A stretch of DNA of 62,621 bases, the filler included, from Chiloscyllium plagiosum (Eukaryota), in NCBI RefSeq assembly GCF_004010195.1. It is 3 parts of one record of this genome, joined end to end, with 100 filler letters (N's around TTAATTAATTAA, not from the genome) between each part and the next. Parts side by side here need not be neighbours in the genome. Positions count along the whole stretch, not along the records: positions 1 to 24,495 come from NC_057713.1; 2 more parts are not named here. One strand, written 5' to 3'. Below are positions 1 to 13,404 of this stretch, in pieces (the stretch's first letter is position 1; each line of letters opens with the position of its first letter). The notes below the pieces were generated by a model. That model saw only the letters and a program-made list of their open reading frames with translations. It ran no database searches and had not been told where the DNA came from. The translations under genes were made by a program, and so were the position numbers.

Positions 1-380
1 CCTTTTTGTGTTTTCTCCTTAACTCTATTTGCCAAAGCTATCCCATGTCCCCTTTTTGCCCTCCTGATTTCTCTCTTAAGTATACTCCTACTTCCTTTAT
101 ACTCTTCTAAGGATTCACTCGATCTATACCTGACATATGCTTCCTTCTTTATCTTAACCAAACCCTCAATTTCTTTAGTCATCCAGCATTCCATATACCT
201 ACCAGCCTTCCCTTTCACCCTGACAGGAATATACTTTCTCTGGATTCTTGTTATCTCATTTCTGAAGGCTTCCCATTTTCCAGCCGTCCCTTTACCTGCA
301 AACATCTGCCTCCAATGAGGTTTCGAAAGTTCTTGCCTAATACCGTCAAAATTGGCCTTTCTCCAATTTAGAACTTCAAC
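1..380 (-). mobile_element. CR1 LINE ORF2 fragment (region just after the endonuclease)
   Basis: Reverse complement resembles the post-APE region of the CR1 at about 10900-11250. Confidence 0.65.
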
Positions 381-1900
381 TGTTCCCATTGGTGGAAGTG
401 ATGAGGACCAGACAACTGATTTTAAGGTGATTGGCAAAAAAAACCAAGGGCACCACAAGAACAAGATTTTCAATGCAGATGTTAGAATCTGGAATAACTT
501 GCTGTATGCCAGATGTGGTGCAAACTTGTACAATTTGGGTTTCCGAAAGGGAATTGGGCAAAAACCTGAAGAAAGAAATATACTTGGCTACAGGTAGAAA
601 TGGAATTGACTAAGTTACTGTTTAAGAGCCAGGTCACTCCTAGTTCAAGTCCCATTTACTCCATAGGTGTATGAACAGGTTGATTAGAAAATATCGTTGA
701 AAGAGCCAGCATGGATCTGACGGACCAATTGGTTTTCCCCTCCTGTGGTGTAACTATTCCATCACTCTAAGTTAGATAGGATTTACCTTTAATAAATCTA
801 TGCTGGCTCTCCTAAATTGACACATGCTTTTCCAAATTTACATTTATTTTGTCCTTGGTTGCTTTCAATAACTCGGCAATCAGCAATTTGGCTGTAGTTT
901 ACAATTTATACCTCTCCCCTTTCTTGAATATGTTAAATTTCCAGTCCTGTGATGCCAACCCTGAATTCAATGAGGATGGAATGTCTTTTGCTTTTAATTT
1001 CTGCTTTTTTAAAGATCTGCGATAAATTCCTTCAGCAGGTCACTTAACCATTTTAGCAACATTAATCTTTTTAAGTTTTGTCTATCTGTTATTGTCCAGT
1101 TCATAAATCCCTTCCACTCTTTTAGTATCACCTTTGTATCATCCATTTCCTTTGAAGAAAGATACAAAGTACCAGTTTCATAGCTTTGTCTTTTCACAAA
1201 AATTTTTTTCTGAGGCTTTATCTTCAAAACTTCAAATATCAACTTCGCAAACTGCTTCAAAATTCTTTGCAAATTTCAATTGTGCAGCTTCACGTGGCAC
1301 CATGCAGACATGCTGCCAGTCAAGGACACAAGTGCTGTGGACTATTACTTGCGTGGATTACATGTTGTCAGATCATTGATATGGAAAAAGGGAACTAATG
1401 TCCTAACATGTGAATGTGACATCTCTTGGCCTAAACGGCTACTGAAATTTCAGGATACCAAAATTGAACAACACAGGTCTGACAACCTAAGAGAAGAGGA
1501 GGTCACCTATCTCCAAACAGACTGTCATAAAAATGAGGCCACACTGGAAATGCCTCTGGCTCCGCACCATCAAAGGAGAATAGAGGAGAGGGCAAACTCA
1601 GTGTCAGACCCTGCTCAAAGTCAGAGCCAAATTCCCCAATCCTCCTTGATTGTGATTGGAGGCTATCGGGCAGCTAGCCTATGCATCCAGCATTGCACAG
1701 TCCATTTTCTTTAAGTACTGTCTGTGCTGCCATATTAAAATCCTCAACTAAGCCCGTTTATCAAAATGAAGAATAAAATAGCAGTACTCATCTGAAACAT
1801 CAGCTTCAGAGAGTTGGCAAATCTAGCATCCCGGGCCTCTGACCTAACTGCAGCCCACTTGATTAATTTACCCAATTGATTCCACATCTGTACTAACCTC

Positions 1901-3215
1901 CAAAGTTAAAAATCACACAACACTGGCTTATAGTCCAACAGGTTAATTTGGAAGCACTCACTTTCAGAGTGCTGCTCCTTCACATCAGATAGTTGTGGAT
2001 CAGGACACAAGACACAGAATTTATAGGAAAAGATTACGGTGTCAAGCAACTGAAATGATATATCGAACAAACCTAGATTATTGTTAAGTCTTTCATCTTT
2101 TAGATTGGGTTGCAGCTTTTGGTTATTATTACGTAAATCTCAAAGTCTTTTAAGTCACATTCTTGAGATAACCTAAGGTTTTATAATAAATAAAATCTCA
2201 GCTCAGATAATGCATTAAAGGTGTGAGGTTAGAGTCTGTCTGTATCCCAACTATGAGTCTATGGGGTGAATTTGCATTTGCTGAATTATATTTGCAGATA
2301 TATTCTACAGTCATTCCATGTAATATTTTATAAAATCTATTTTGGAAATAGAACCAGTCTGACTCAAAATTGGGATACAGAGACTCTAACCTCGCACCTT
2401 TAATGCATTGTCTGAGCTGAGATGTCACCTTTTAATTTATGAAACCTTGTTATCTCGAGAATGTGACTTAAAAGAAGTTCTGAGATTCACGTATTAATGA
2501 ACCAAAATCTGCAAACTATTCTAAAAGATGAAACACTTAACAACAATTTAGGTTTATTCAATATAGGGCGGCACGTTGGCTCAGTGGTTAGCACTGCTGT
2601 CTCACAACACCAGGGTCCCAGGTTCCATTCCAGCCTCAGGCGTATGAAACCTTGTTATCTCGAGAATGTGACTTAAAAGAAGTTCTGAGATTCACGTATT
2701 AATGAACCAAAATCTGCAAACTATTCTAAAAGATGAAACCCTTAACAACCAGGGTCCCAGGTTCCATTCCAGCCTCAGGCGACTATCTGTGTGGAGTTTG
2801 CACATTCTCCCCGTGTCTGTGTGGGTTTCCTCTGGGTGCTCCGGTTTCCTCTCTCAGTCCAAAACATGTGCAGGTCAGGTAGATTGGCCATGCTAAATTG
2901 CCCATAGTGTTAGGTGTGTTAGTCAGAGGGAAATGGGTCTGGGTGGGTTACTCTTCGGAGGGTCAGTGTGGACTTGTTGGGCCGCAGAGCCTGTTTCCAC
3001 ACTGTAGGGAATCTAATCATATCATTTCAGTTGCATGACACTGTAATCTATTGCAATTCATTCTGTGTCTTATGGTCCTGATTCACAACTACCTGATGAA
3101 GTAGCAATGCTCCAAAAGCTAATGCTTCCAAATAAACCTGTTGGACTATAACCTGGTGTTGTGTGATCTTTAACTTTGTCCATGCCAGTCTAATACCACC
3201 TCTCCCACATCATGG
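1901..3215. mobile_element. Inverted pair of Penelope-like pseudo-LTRs, interrupted by an HE1 SINE
   Basis: 1901-2260 is the reverse complement of about 2355-2565 + 3018-3180. Same family as the 51257-51865 / 53290-53750 termini. Degenerate CTGATGA...AAAAGCT hammerhead-like motif near 3093. Confidence 0.7.
2566..3017 (+). mobile_element. HE1-type tRNA-derived SINE with an internal local duplication
   Basis: GGGCGGCACG..GGCTCAGTGG A-box head, GGTTC B-box, and CR1-like 3' tail ending GGGAATCTAATC. Confidence 0.85.
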
Positions 3216-4182
3216 CTAACCTTCAAATAATGTGCAGTGACTGGGGTAATGGCTGCAAGTTGCTCTTCACTCCTGAGTTGTTCCTTCCTTCTTTTTGGTC
3301 TTGGTTTTGTTTACATGGTCAATGTGTCCATCTCGTGTTAATACCCAAAACTCAAGAATCTGAAGTGTTCCTCTTGTGCCACTTTTCTAATCACACATTC
3401 ATCTGTACTATATTCCTATTTTTATATTTATCAATGTGTGAATTTAGGATTAATCATGAGATTGCTTACTTTGAGGTGTTGTTTTAAAGTCTCTTTCTTC
3501 CTTAAAATGCCTAAAGATGCTTATTAACATTTCTACCTGTGTCGTTAATTCCCCGCCTCCACTCAGATTATCCTGCTGCCATTCAGTGATATTCCTTACT
3601 CTGGCACCAAGGACGTAGCATATTATTTGGGAATCAGAATTGTGGTCATGGAAGTGCTTACCTATCCTCTAACTATCAAATCTGATGTAACTCTGAATTT
3701 TCAACCTTTCATTTCCTCTGTGTACTGTTAAATTTCTTGAAGTAGAATTCTCATCATATTTCTCCATGGAATAGACATCCCTGCTGAGTATCCAAAACTG
3801 GACACTACTCATGAATGGCACTGTTTTGGGAATTTCCTGCAATACATGTGCCTTTCTCCTACTCTGCTGGTGATCTCACTTATTCACCAACCACCACTAC
3901 AGTCCATATCTGTTGCTGCAGGATTATGGTGCCCTGTAACAAATGAGACTTGAGCTTGAGTGAAGGGAAACATGGCACTTCCTGCACACAAGTTTATCTA
4001 TAATGCATGAAGTGTATGGAAGTCTCCACATGGAACACATATCACATGTAATTGGCCCCAGTTGGCTTGTCATGGTAGTTAAATCGCTGACTTGTAAATT
4101 TGAGACTCTGACCATGAAATCAATTATCACTGAACTCTGAATATTGAACACCACACAGTGCAGATGTGGGTGCAGGAAAGCC

Positions 4183-4510
4183 TTGGCCTAGTGGTACAAT
4201 TGCCAGACTGTTAATCCATAGACCCAGGTAATATTATGGTGACCCAGATTCAAATACCGCCACAGCAGACTGTGGAATTTGAATTAAATAGAAATCTAGA
4301 ATTAAGAGTTTAATGGTGAACATGAATCCATTGTTGGGAAAAACTGATCTGATTCACTAAAGTCATTTAGGGAAGGAAACTACCTTACCTGGTCAGGATG
4401 ACATTTGATTCCAGATTCACAGCAATGTGTTTGACTGTTAATTGCCCCCTGAATAGGCAATAAATGCTGGCCTAGTCAGTGACACCCTCATCCTGTAAAT
4501 GACTTTTAAA
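4183..4510 (+). mobile_element. Old tRNA-headed SINE (DeuSINE/SacSINE-like)
   Basis: TGGCCTAGTGG A-box and tail GGCAATAAATGCTGGCCTAG. Homologous to the split copy at 34783-34848 / 45784-46055. Confidence 0.55.
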
Positions 4511-5369
4511 AATTAATTCTACCCTGCTTTTAATTGCTGTTTGCTGGCAAAGTGTACTGAAGGACCATAAGAAGGAGGACATGTTGTGGGCAACATAATT
4601 TGTGATTGGAGGCTACCAGGCAGCTAGCCTATGCATCCAGCATTGCACAGTCCATTTTCTTTAAGTACTGTCTGTACTGCCATATTAAAGTCCTCAACTA
4701 AGTCCTTTTATCAAAATGAGGAAGAATAGAATAGCCGTACTCATCTGAAACCTCAGCTTCAGATAGTTGGCAAGTCTAGCATCCCTGCCCTCTGACCTGA
4801 CTGCAGCCCACTTGAGCCAGTTAAATGTTCATGATCCTTCAATTAGCTGCTCTGAAGATCAGAAGGATATAGAGACTAGCAATAACTTTTGCGGCTTGGA
4901 ATTAAGAAGGTTCAATTCCATGATGTGAACTGCAGCTCTCCTTATAATAATTGTCTCTCCTATAATATTCTCTTTGCCTTGTCTAAGTTAACAGCACTGT
5001 CTCAAACTCCTCAATTACTGTCTTTGAACCAAAAACAACTTTACAAAATCACATTACATTATGGCAAATACCATAGATTATACTCTTGTACGTAACATCT
5101 AAGAGGTAAAATATGAGAATAAGACTTCAAGTGGGTTTTAGCAAGGATTAGAGTCCATTCTCATCCCAGCTGGATGACTTTTCTTATTTTGTTTATATAT
5201 TTAATAACATTTGCACAAAGTTTGAAAACTACTTAAAACAGGTCATGTATTTCCCAGAAGGATAATTCAATAAACTTGTAATAACTGACTTGTCTTGCAT
5301 CCTTCAAAATCGAACTCCAATATGACCAGGATATTCCTATCAAGTATTACTCAGTTTTTTTCAAATGTT

Positions 5370-6020
5370 TTTTTTTTAATTTGCTTGTGGGATGTGGGCA
5401 TTGCAGGCTGGTCCAACATTTATTACTCTTCCCTAGTTGTCTTTGAAAATATGGTGGCAAGCTGTCATCTTGAACTACTGCTGTCCATGTGCTGTAGGTA
5501 GACCTACAATGCTGTTGGGGAGGAAATTCCAGGATATTTTCAAGTCTGGACGTTAAGTGGCTTGGAAGATAACTTACAGGTGATGATGGTTTTTCCATGT
5601 ACCTGCTACTCTTATCCTTCTAGACGGAAGTGATCCTGGGTTTGGAAGGTGTTGTCTAAGGAGCCTTGGTGAATTTCTGCAGTGCACCTTCTTAATGCTA
5701 CTCCTTGCTGCCACTGTGCCAGTGATGAAGTGACAAGAACGTTTATAGATATGGTACCAATGAAATGGGTTGCTTTGTCCTGGATGGTCTCAACCTTCTT
5801 GGTTGTTGTTGGAGATACACTCATCCAGCCAACTGGGGGTAGTATTCCATCATACTCCTGACTTGTGTCTTGTGGACAGGCATTGGGGATCCAGGAGGTG
5901 AGTTACTTGCTGCAGTATTCCTAGCTTCCAACCTACTCTTGTAGCTGTTATATTTATATGGTGAGTCCAGTTGAATTTCTGATCGTCCTCAGGAGTGTTG
6001 ATATTGGGGGATAATGATAG
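5370..6020 (-). mobile_element. Old LINE (CR1/L2 group) 3' fragment
   Basis: Minus strand encodes degenerate RT C-terminal motifs (HHINITATRVGWKLGILQQV; KKVETIQDKA). Related copies at about 6545-6830, 20700-21200 (-) and 33930-34450 (+). Confidence 0.6.
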
Positions 6021-8997
6021 TGCAGCTCCTGCAACCTGCATAATGTAGCTTATTATTTACATAGATTTGCTTGACAAATCTGAGACCTAACACTTGGGTG
6101 ACTTCCTTGTTTTAATATTTGTAAACCACTGCATATTCACAAAGGTTTACTACTTTTATGTAGTTTCTTATAATGCATTGAAAGTACTTACAGTATAAAT
6201 TTGATGAAGTTTCACCATTAAAACTTTGTTTCCATAGTTTTAGAGATCTGAATATGTGTACAGTTCTCAAGGTGAGGATGCATTATTGAAATAATAATGC
6301 AGTATTCATGCTGCAATACTCACCTCAAAAGTACATGCAGTTTGAATTCTGAGCTGGTGCCTGCATTGACTGTATGATGGTTTGTGTTCAAATGTATGAT
6401 GTTGCTTTCTTTCGTCCTCAAACTTGGACATGATTGTTATTGGGCAATTAGAAATTCTTGGGGATCTGACAGCAGGGACTTGGAAGGGGCAGCTGAAGTG
6501 AGGGAGAGGGGATGGTTTAGGAGGCAAGATGCCCTTTTTTATATTTTCTCGTGGTATGTGGGCAACACTGGCTGGCCAGTATTTATTATCCATCCCTAGT
6601 TGCCCTTGAGAAGATGGTGATGAGCTGCCTTATTGAACCGCTGCAGGTAGATTCACAATGCTATTAGGGAGAGAATTTCAAGATTTTGACCAATAGTGGG
6701 AGGGGTGATATATTTGCAAGTCAGAATGATGACTGGCTTGGAGAGGAACTTGTACGCAATATTGTTCCCATGTACCTGCTTCCTTCTAGATGGAAGTGGT
6801 CGTGGGTTTGGAAGGTGATGTCTAAGGATCATTAGAGCAAGAGGCAAATAGAGAGATATTATATGAAGATGCATTCACTGACCTTTACTATCTACATGAG
6901 TTTACTAGACGTCCTGTGGCGTTCAGCGAGGTCCAGACTTGAGAAGTTGACCTTCTTCCGCAGCTGCTCCAAGTCCCTCCTGAGGGAATCCAGGCTCATC
7001 ATGGAAGTGTGGCTTCCATAAGGTTTCCAGTATTGAATCTAAGACCTCCGAGTCCCTTCACTGCAGTGGTTGCATTGTCCATGCTGTAGTTTCAGGAATA
7101 ATACTCAGCAGTCCATATGCCGTAGGTAAACTTTGTATGCTGTTGGGCATGCAGTATTTTCCTGTTATGCAGTGTTACTCCTCTTTAGGGTGGGAAGGCT
7201 TCCAATAAAGAAGGCTGGCTGCATAAAGTACCAACAGTGCAATACCACTCGGTCCCCTGATGAGCACAGAGATAATGTCAATGGCCACATTGCGACCATG
7301 AAATGTGCATTGCTCAACATATAAGGTCCTCAGTCAAATAATTAAAGATGAAGAAAGGATATTATCCAAGCACTCCAGTGCAGTAGTGTCAAATTAGCTT
7401 TTTTTACTTGCTAATCTGAGGCAGTCAGATTACAATATTCATCATTTGTTACAAAATGGACACAATAATAAAACAAATGTCTAATCTTTTGAAAAGAACT
7501 TTGAATTTCATCTTCACTGAAATAGGCATAGACATGTCCCAAATCACAATCTCTATACCCACTTTAACTGGTATCCAATCTTTAACTGACTTCCAAGCTT
7601 TTGACTCACAAGTAATTGACAGGTTATTCTAATTTTAATCAGCTTTTGAACTTGTACAACAATCACAACTTATAATGTTGATTATACTTAACTAATGTAC
7701 AAAGGTTCTATACTCAAATCAGCAATGAAAGTATGTGTAAAGAGCTAAAATACATTGAAAGCAGGGAGTTACTTATTCCTGATTCAGCAGAAGGCAGGTG
7801 GAATTTAAGTTTGAAACAATCAACCTTGCAAGGAAATTATATATCCAAGAGTAAAAGGCAAAGGGAATTAAAGTTTAGTATAGTTTGAAAACTAAAGGCC
7901 AACTGCATGAAATCCTTTAACTCATAGCAAACAGGGGTCAAAGAAGAGTGAGAAATATTATTGGATACTTGGGTTGAAATCAAAGACAAACTGAAAATAG
8001 AAGCTCTGAATCTGAACAAGATTTATTGTACTAAAGGAGGCCATTGAACTAATTATATATTTGTCATCTCAAAAAAGCTATCCAATCTAAACACAGTTTA
8101 TTATTGATTTACAGTTCTGGCACATCCAACAGCATACCAAAATTATTTTGACAGTTTCTGCATCCATCACCTTTTTAGGCAAGGATTTTCAGACCCCTAA
8201 GTGCCATTTATGTGAAAAACGTGCATCTTTATTTCCCTCTACTTTTTCTACTCTTTACTTTAAATCTATGTTCATTGGTTAATGACCTTTTTGCTAACCG
8301 AAATAGATTTTTCCTATCCTCGCCAGCTACGACCCTCATTTACACACTTTTATTAAATTCCCCCCTCAGCTTCCAGAGGATAAAACCCTCTCAGGAAGAA
8401 CTACTCCAGTCTATTCAGACTTTCCTCATTAAATTCTTCTATCCTGGTAATATCTATGTAAGTCTCTTCCATACCCTCAATGGCATAACCCTGTCCCCCT
8501 TATAATGACAGATAGCACTTACTTCCTTACCAATAATTAGGAGAAAATTTTGAATCATAACTGTACAAGAGGTAATCCAGTGAATAGAGAATGACATAAT
8601 TTTAGTTGGCTTGGATTGTCTGTTTTTACATTCCTTGATTTTTCTCAAGGAAGAGATACGTGTAGATATTGGAAACCATCCAGCATTCTGTTAGCAGATT
8701 TCAATGCCTTTGATAACATTCCTTAGAAAAGGAATCTGAAATATGTGGAGGTTCAAAGTAAAACTTGGTTAAGGATAAGGAATAAACTGAATGAATGAAG
8801 TTAATGTTGTTGTGTTTGGAGTATTTATTGTTCCTGATCTATAATTAATAATTTGGACATTGAATTACAATGCAAACTCTGATACACAAATAAAATTTAA
8901 CCTGGAGGTGGGGTTGTCAAAATAAACAGAATAACCAGGGACCTACAAAACAAATTGAATAGAATCTGCAACTGAGCATGTATAATGCATCCTTGCC

Positions 8998-11900
8998 GAG
9001 AGGTGCGAGGGAGGAGCGAAGGACTTCTGGGAAGTTTTTAAGTGGGTGAGATCTAAACCCAAGACCCTACACCATAGGGTCCCTCCCTCCCACCCACCTC
9101 CTCTAACCTTACTAAGAGTCTGTTAACTAGGTAAATTTTCAGGTTTCTTTTTTTTTTCTCTTTCTTTGTTTAGTCCTGATCAGACTTTCAGAGTAGCGGG
9201 ATATGAATGTTAGGGCAGTTGCATGTTCCTCCTGCAGAGTGTGGCAGATGAGAGATACTCCACATGTCTCTGTCGGTTACATCTCCAGAAAATGCACCCA
9301 AGTCCAGCTCCTCGAAAACCGAGTTAGGGAACTGGAGCTGGAGCTGGATGAACTATGGATCATCTGGAAGGCTGGGGGGAAAATTGAGAGGATGCACAGG
9401 GAGGTGGTCACTCCCCAGACACAGGATAAGAACAGCTGGGTTACAATCAGGGGGAGGAGAGGGAACCGACGGTCAGAGCAGGGATCCCCTGTGGCCATTC
9501 CCCTCAGCAATAAGTATACCATTTTGGATACTGCTGGCGGGGACAGCCTACCAGGGGAAAGCCATAGTTGTCAGGTCTCTGGCACTGAGACTCAGAAGGG
9601 AATGGGGAGAAATAGAAAAGCACTAGTGGTAGAGGACTCAATAGTTAGATGGATTAACAGGAGATTTTGTAATCAGGAACGGGACTCCGGGCAGATATGT
9701 TGCCTCCCTGGTGCCAGGGTCCAGGATGTCGCCGATCGGGTTTACAAGATTCTGAAGGGGAGGGTGAGCAGCCAGAAATCGTGGTACATATTGGCACCAA
9801 TACTTTAGCCAGGAAAGGGATTGAGGATCTGAAAAGTGACTACAGAGAGTTAGATTGGAAGCTGAAGAGCAGGACAAATAGAGTAGTGATCTCAGGTTTG
9901 CTACCGGTGCCACAAGATAGTGAGATGAGGAACAGTCAGCAAATGCAGCTTAACACATGGCTGCGAGGCTGGTGCAGGAGGGAGGGCTTCAGTTACCTAG
10001 GGATACCTTCTGGGGAAGGTGGGACCTGTACATGAAGGACAGGTTGCACCTGAACTGGAGGGGTACAAAAGTCCTGGGTGGGAGATTTGCTCGTGCAATT
10101 CGGGAGGGTTTAAATTAGTTTGGCAGGGGGGGTGGGAATTAAAGCCACATGTCTGAGAGGGGGTCAGTTGCAGACAGGACAGTGACAGGATATATTGAAT
10201 CTATCAGGAAGATTTCTCACATGATGAAACAAAGAGATCGGTTAAAGTGTGTCTGCTTTAATGCAAGGAGTGTCCGGAATAAGAGTAACGAACTTTGCGT
10301 ATGGATCAGTACTTGGGGCTATGATGTTGTGATCATAACGGAGACGTGGGTTTCACAGGGGCAGGAATGCTTGCTTGATGTTCCAGTGTTTAGAACGTTT
10401 AAAAAGAACAGGGAGGGTGGAAAAAGAGGAGGGGGTGTAGCATTGCTCATCAGAGAGTGCATCACAGGTACAGAAATGAAGGTTGTTGAGGAAGGTTTGT
10501 CTACTGAGTCAGTATGGGTGAAACGTAGAAACAGCAAGGGAACAGCCACCGCATTGGGGGGTTTCTACAGACCACCTAATAGCAGTAGAGAGATTGAAGA
10601 TCTCATAGGCAGGCAGATTCTGGAAAAATGCAAAAGTAGCAGGGTTGTTGTTATGGTTGATTTCAACTTTCCCAATATCGACTGGAACCTCCTAAGTGCA
10701 GATGGTTTGGATGGAGCCGTTTTTGTCAGGTGTGTTCAGGAGGGTTTCCTTACTCAGTATGTGGACAGACCAACGAGGGGGGAGGCCATTTTGGATTTGG
10801 TGTTCAGCAACAAGCCAGGACAGGTGTCAGATCTCGTGGTGGGAGAGCACTTTGGTGAAAGTGATCACAACTGCTTCACTTTTAGCATAGCCTTGGAGAG
10901 TGAAAGGAGCAGTTACCGAGGGAAGATATTTAATTGAGGAAAAGGAAATTATGACGCTATCAGACATGAGTTGGGAAGTACAGACTGGGAGCAATTGTTC
11001 CACAGAAAGGGCACAGCAGACAGGTGGAGACTATTTAAGGAGCAGTTGTTGCGAGTGATGCATAAATTTGTTCCTCTGAGACAGGTAAGAAGGGTGATTA
11101 AGGAACCTTGGATGATGAGGACAGAGGAACTTCTCATCAAAGGGAAGAAGGCAGCTTACATAAGGTGGAGGAAGCAAGGATCTAGCACAACTTTAGAGGA
11201 TTACAGGCTTGCTTAGAAAGGAGCTCAGAAATGGACTGAGAAGAGCCGGGAGGGAGGTGGGGGTTGGCACAACGGATTAGGGAGAAGCCAAAGGCATTTT
11301 ACTCATATGTGAAGGATAAGAGAATGTCCAGGGAGAAGGTAGGGCTGATCAGGGATAGCGGAGGGTCTTGTACATGGAGTCTGAGCAGATAGGGGAAGCC
11401 CTAAATGAATTTTTTGCTTCGGTTTTCACCAAGGAAAGGGAACTTGTTGTAAATGAAAACTTAGAGGAGCTGGGATACAGTCTTGACCAGATCAAGATTG
11501 ATGAAGTTGATGTGCCCAGGGCCAGACCAGATTTATCCTAGGCTGCTCCAGGAAGCGAGAAAGGAGGTTGCTAAGCCGCTGGCGAGGATATTTGCGTCCT
11601 CACTCTCCACGGGAGTCGTACCGGAGGATTGGAAGGAGGCGAATGTTGTTCCACTTTTCAAGAAGGGTAATAGGGAAATCCCTGGCAATTACAAACCAGA
11701 CAGTCTTACGTCTGTGGTCAGCAAAGTTGTGTAAAGTATTCTGAGGGATAGGATTTATGACTATTTGGCAAAGCATAGTGTGATTAAAGGCAGTCAGCAT
11801 GGCTTTGTGAGGGGCAGGTCATGCCTCACAAATCTTATTGAGTTCTTTGAGGAGGTGTCAAGACAGGTCGACGACGGTCGAGCAGTGGATGTGTATATGG

Positions 11901-13404
11901 ACTTCAGCAAGGCATTTGATTTCTCCATAGTAGGCTCATTCATAAAGTCAGGAAGTATGGGATACAGGAAGATTTGGCTATCTGGATTCAGAACTGGCTG
12001 GCTGACAGAAGGCAGAGAGTGGTTGTGGATGGGAAATAACCTGCCTGGAGGTCAGTGTTGAGTGGGGTCCCGCAGGGCTCTGTTCTTGGGCCTCTGCTCT
12101 TTGTAGTTTTTATAAATTACTTGGATGAGGAGGTTGAGGGATAGGTTAGTAAATTTGCAGATGACACAAAGGTTGGAGGTGTCGTCGATAGTATAGAGGG
12201 CTACTGCAGGCTGCAGTGCAACATAGACAGGATGCAGAGCTGGGCTGAGAAATGGCAGATGGAGTTCAACTTGGATAACTGGGGCGGCACGGTGGCTCAG
12301 GGGCGGCACGGTGGCTCAGTGGTTAGCACTGCTGCCTCACAGCACCAGAGTCCCAGGTTCAATTCCAGCCTCAGGTGACTGTCTGTATGGGGTTTGCACA
12401 TTCTCCCCGTATTCTGCGTGGGTTTCCTCCAGGTGCTCCGGTTTCCTCCCATAGTCCAAAGATGTACAGGTCAGGTAAATTGGCTATGCTAAATTGCCCA
12501 TAGTGTAAGGTGCATTAGTCAAAAGGAAATGGGTTTTGGTGGATTACTCTTCAGAGGGTTGGTGTGGACTTAGTTGGGCCGAAGGGCCTGTTTCCACACT
12601 GTAGGGAATCTAATCTAAAAAAAAATGCAAAGTGATGCATTTTGGAAGGTCGAACTCGAATGCTGAATATAGGATTAAAGATTCTTGGCAGTGTGGAGGA
12701 ACAGAGGGATCTGGGTGTGCAAGTACATAGATCCCTCAAATTTGCCACCCAAGTGAATAGGGTTGTTAAGAAAGTATATGGTGTTTTGGCTTTCATTAAC
12801 AGGGGTATCGAGTTTAAGAGCCGCGAGGTTTTGCGGCAGCTCTACAAGTCCCTGGTGAGACCACACTTGGAACATTGTGTCCAGTTCTGGTCGCCCTAAT
12901 ATAGGAAAGATATAGAGGCTTTGGAGAGGGTGCAAAGAAGGTTCACCAGAATGCTGCCTGGACTGGAGGGCTTGCTGTATGAAGAAAGGTTGAATAAGCT
13001 TGGACTTTTCTTTCTGGAGAGAAGGAGGAAGAGAGGAGACCTGATCGAGGTGTACAAAATAATGAGAGGAATAGATAGAGTCAATAGCCAGAGACTTTTC
13101 CCCAGGGCAGGATTGCCTGGTATGAGAAGTCATAGTTTGAAGATATTAGGAGGAAGGTATGAAGGAGACGTCAGAGGTTCTTTACACAGAGAGTTGTGAA
13201 TGCATGGAATGCGTTGCCAGTTGAGGTGGTGGAAGCGAAGTCATTGGGGACATTTAAGCGATTGCTGGACATGCACATGGATAGCAGTAAGTTGAGGGGT
13301 GCGTAGGTTAAGTTATTATATTTTACATTAGGATTAAGTCTCGGCACAACATCATGGGCCTAAGGGCCTGTTCTGTGCTGTACTTTTCTTTGTTCTATGT
13401 TCTA
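8998..13404 (+). mobile_element. Near full-length CR1 (HER1-like) LINE, disrupted
   Basis: ORF1 from 9203: CxxC..C zinc finger/leucine zipper (RVRELELELDEL) plus SGNH esterase (DS, CLPGA, VHIGTN, LHLN). ORF2 from about 10149: APE (NARS, ITETW, YRPP, DFNFP, SDH) and RT ([26 protein letters not shown]). Tail TTCTATGTTCTA. Multiple stops and frameshifts. Confidence 0.93.
12281..12617 (+). mobile_element. HE1 SINE inserted in the CR1 RT, with a duplicated 19-bp head
   Basis: GGGGCGGCACGGTGGCTCA x2, full body, AATCTAATCT tail. CR1 RT resumes (KCKVMHFG) after it. Confidence 0.88.

Noticed and set aside
1280..1714. 144-aa ORF
   Set aside because: No recognisable motif or convincing splice context, and it runs into a duplicated non-coding segment.
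2566..2645. tRNA genes at SINE heads
   Set aside because: The A/B boxes belong to tRNA-derived HE1 SINEs, which continue into SINE body and tail.
6880..7320. Possible Harbinger Myb/SANT remnant on the minus strand (..RKKVN..)
   Set aside because: Too degenerate to support without a profile search.
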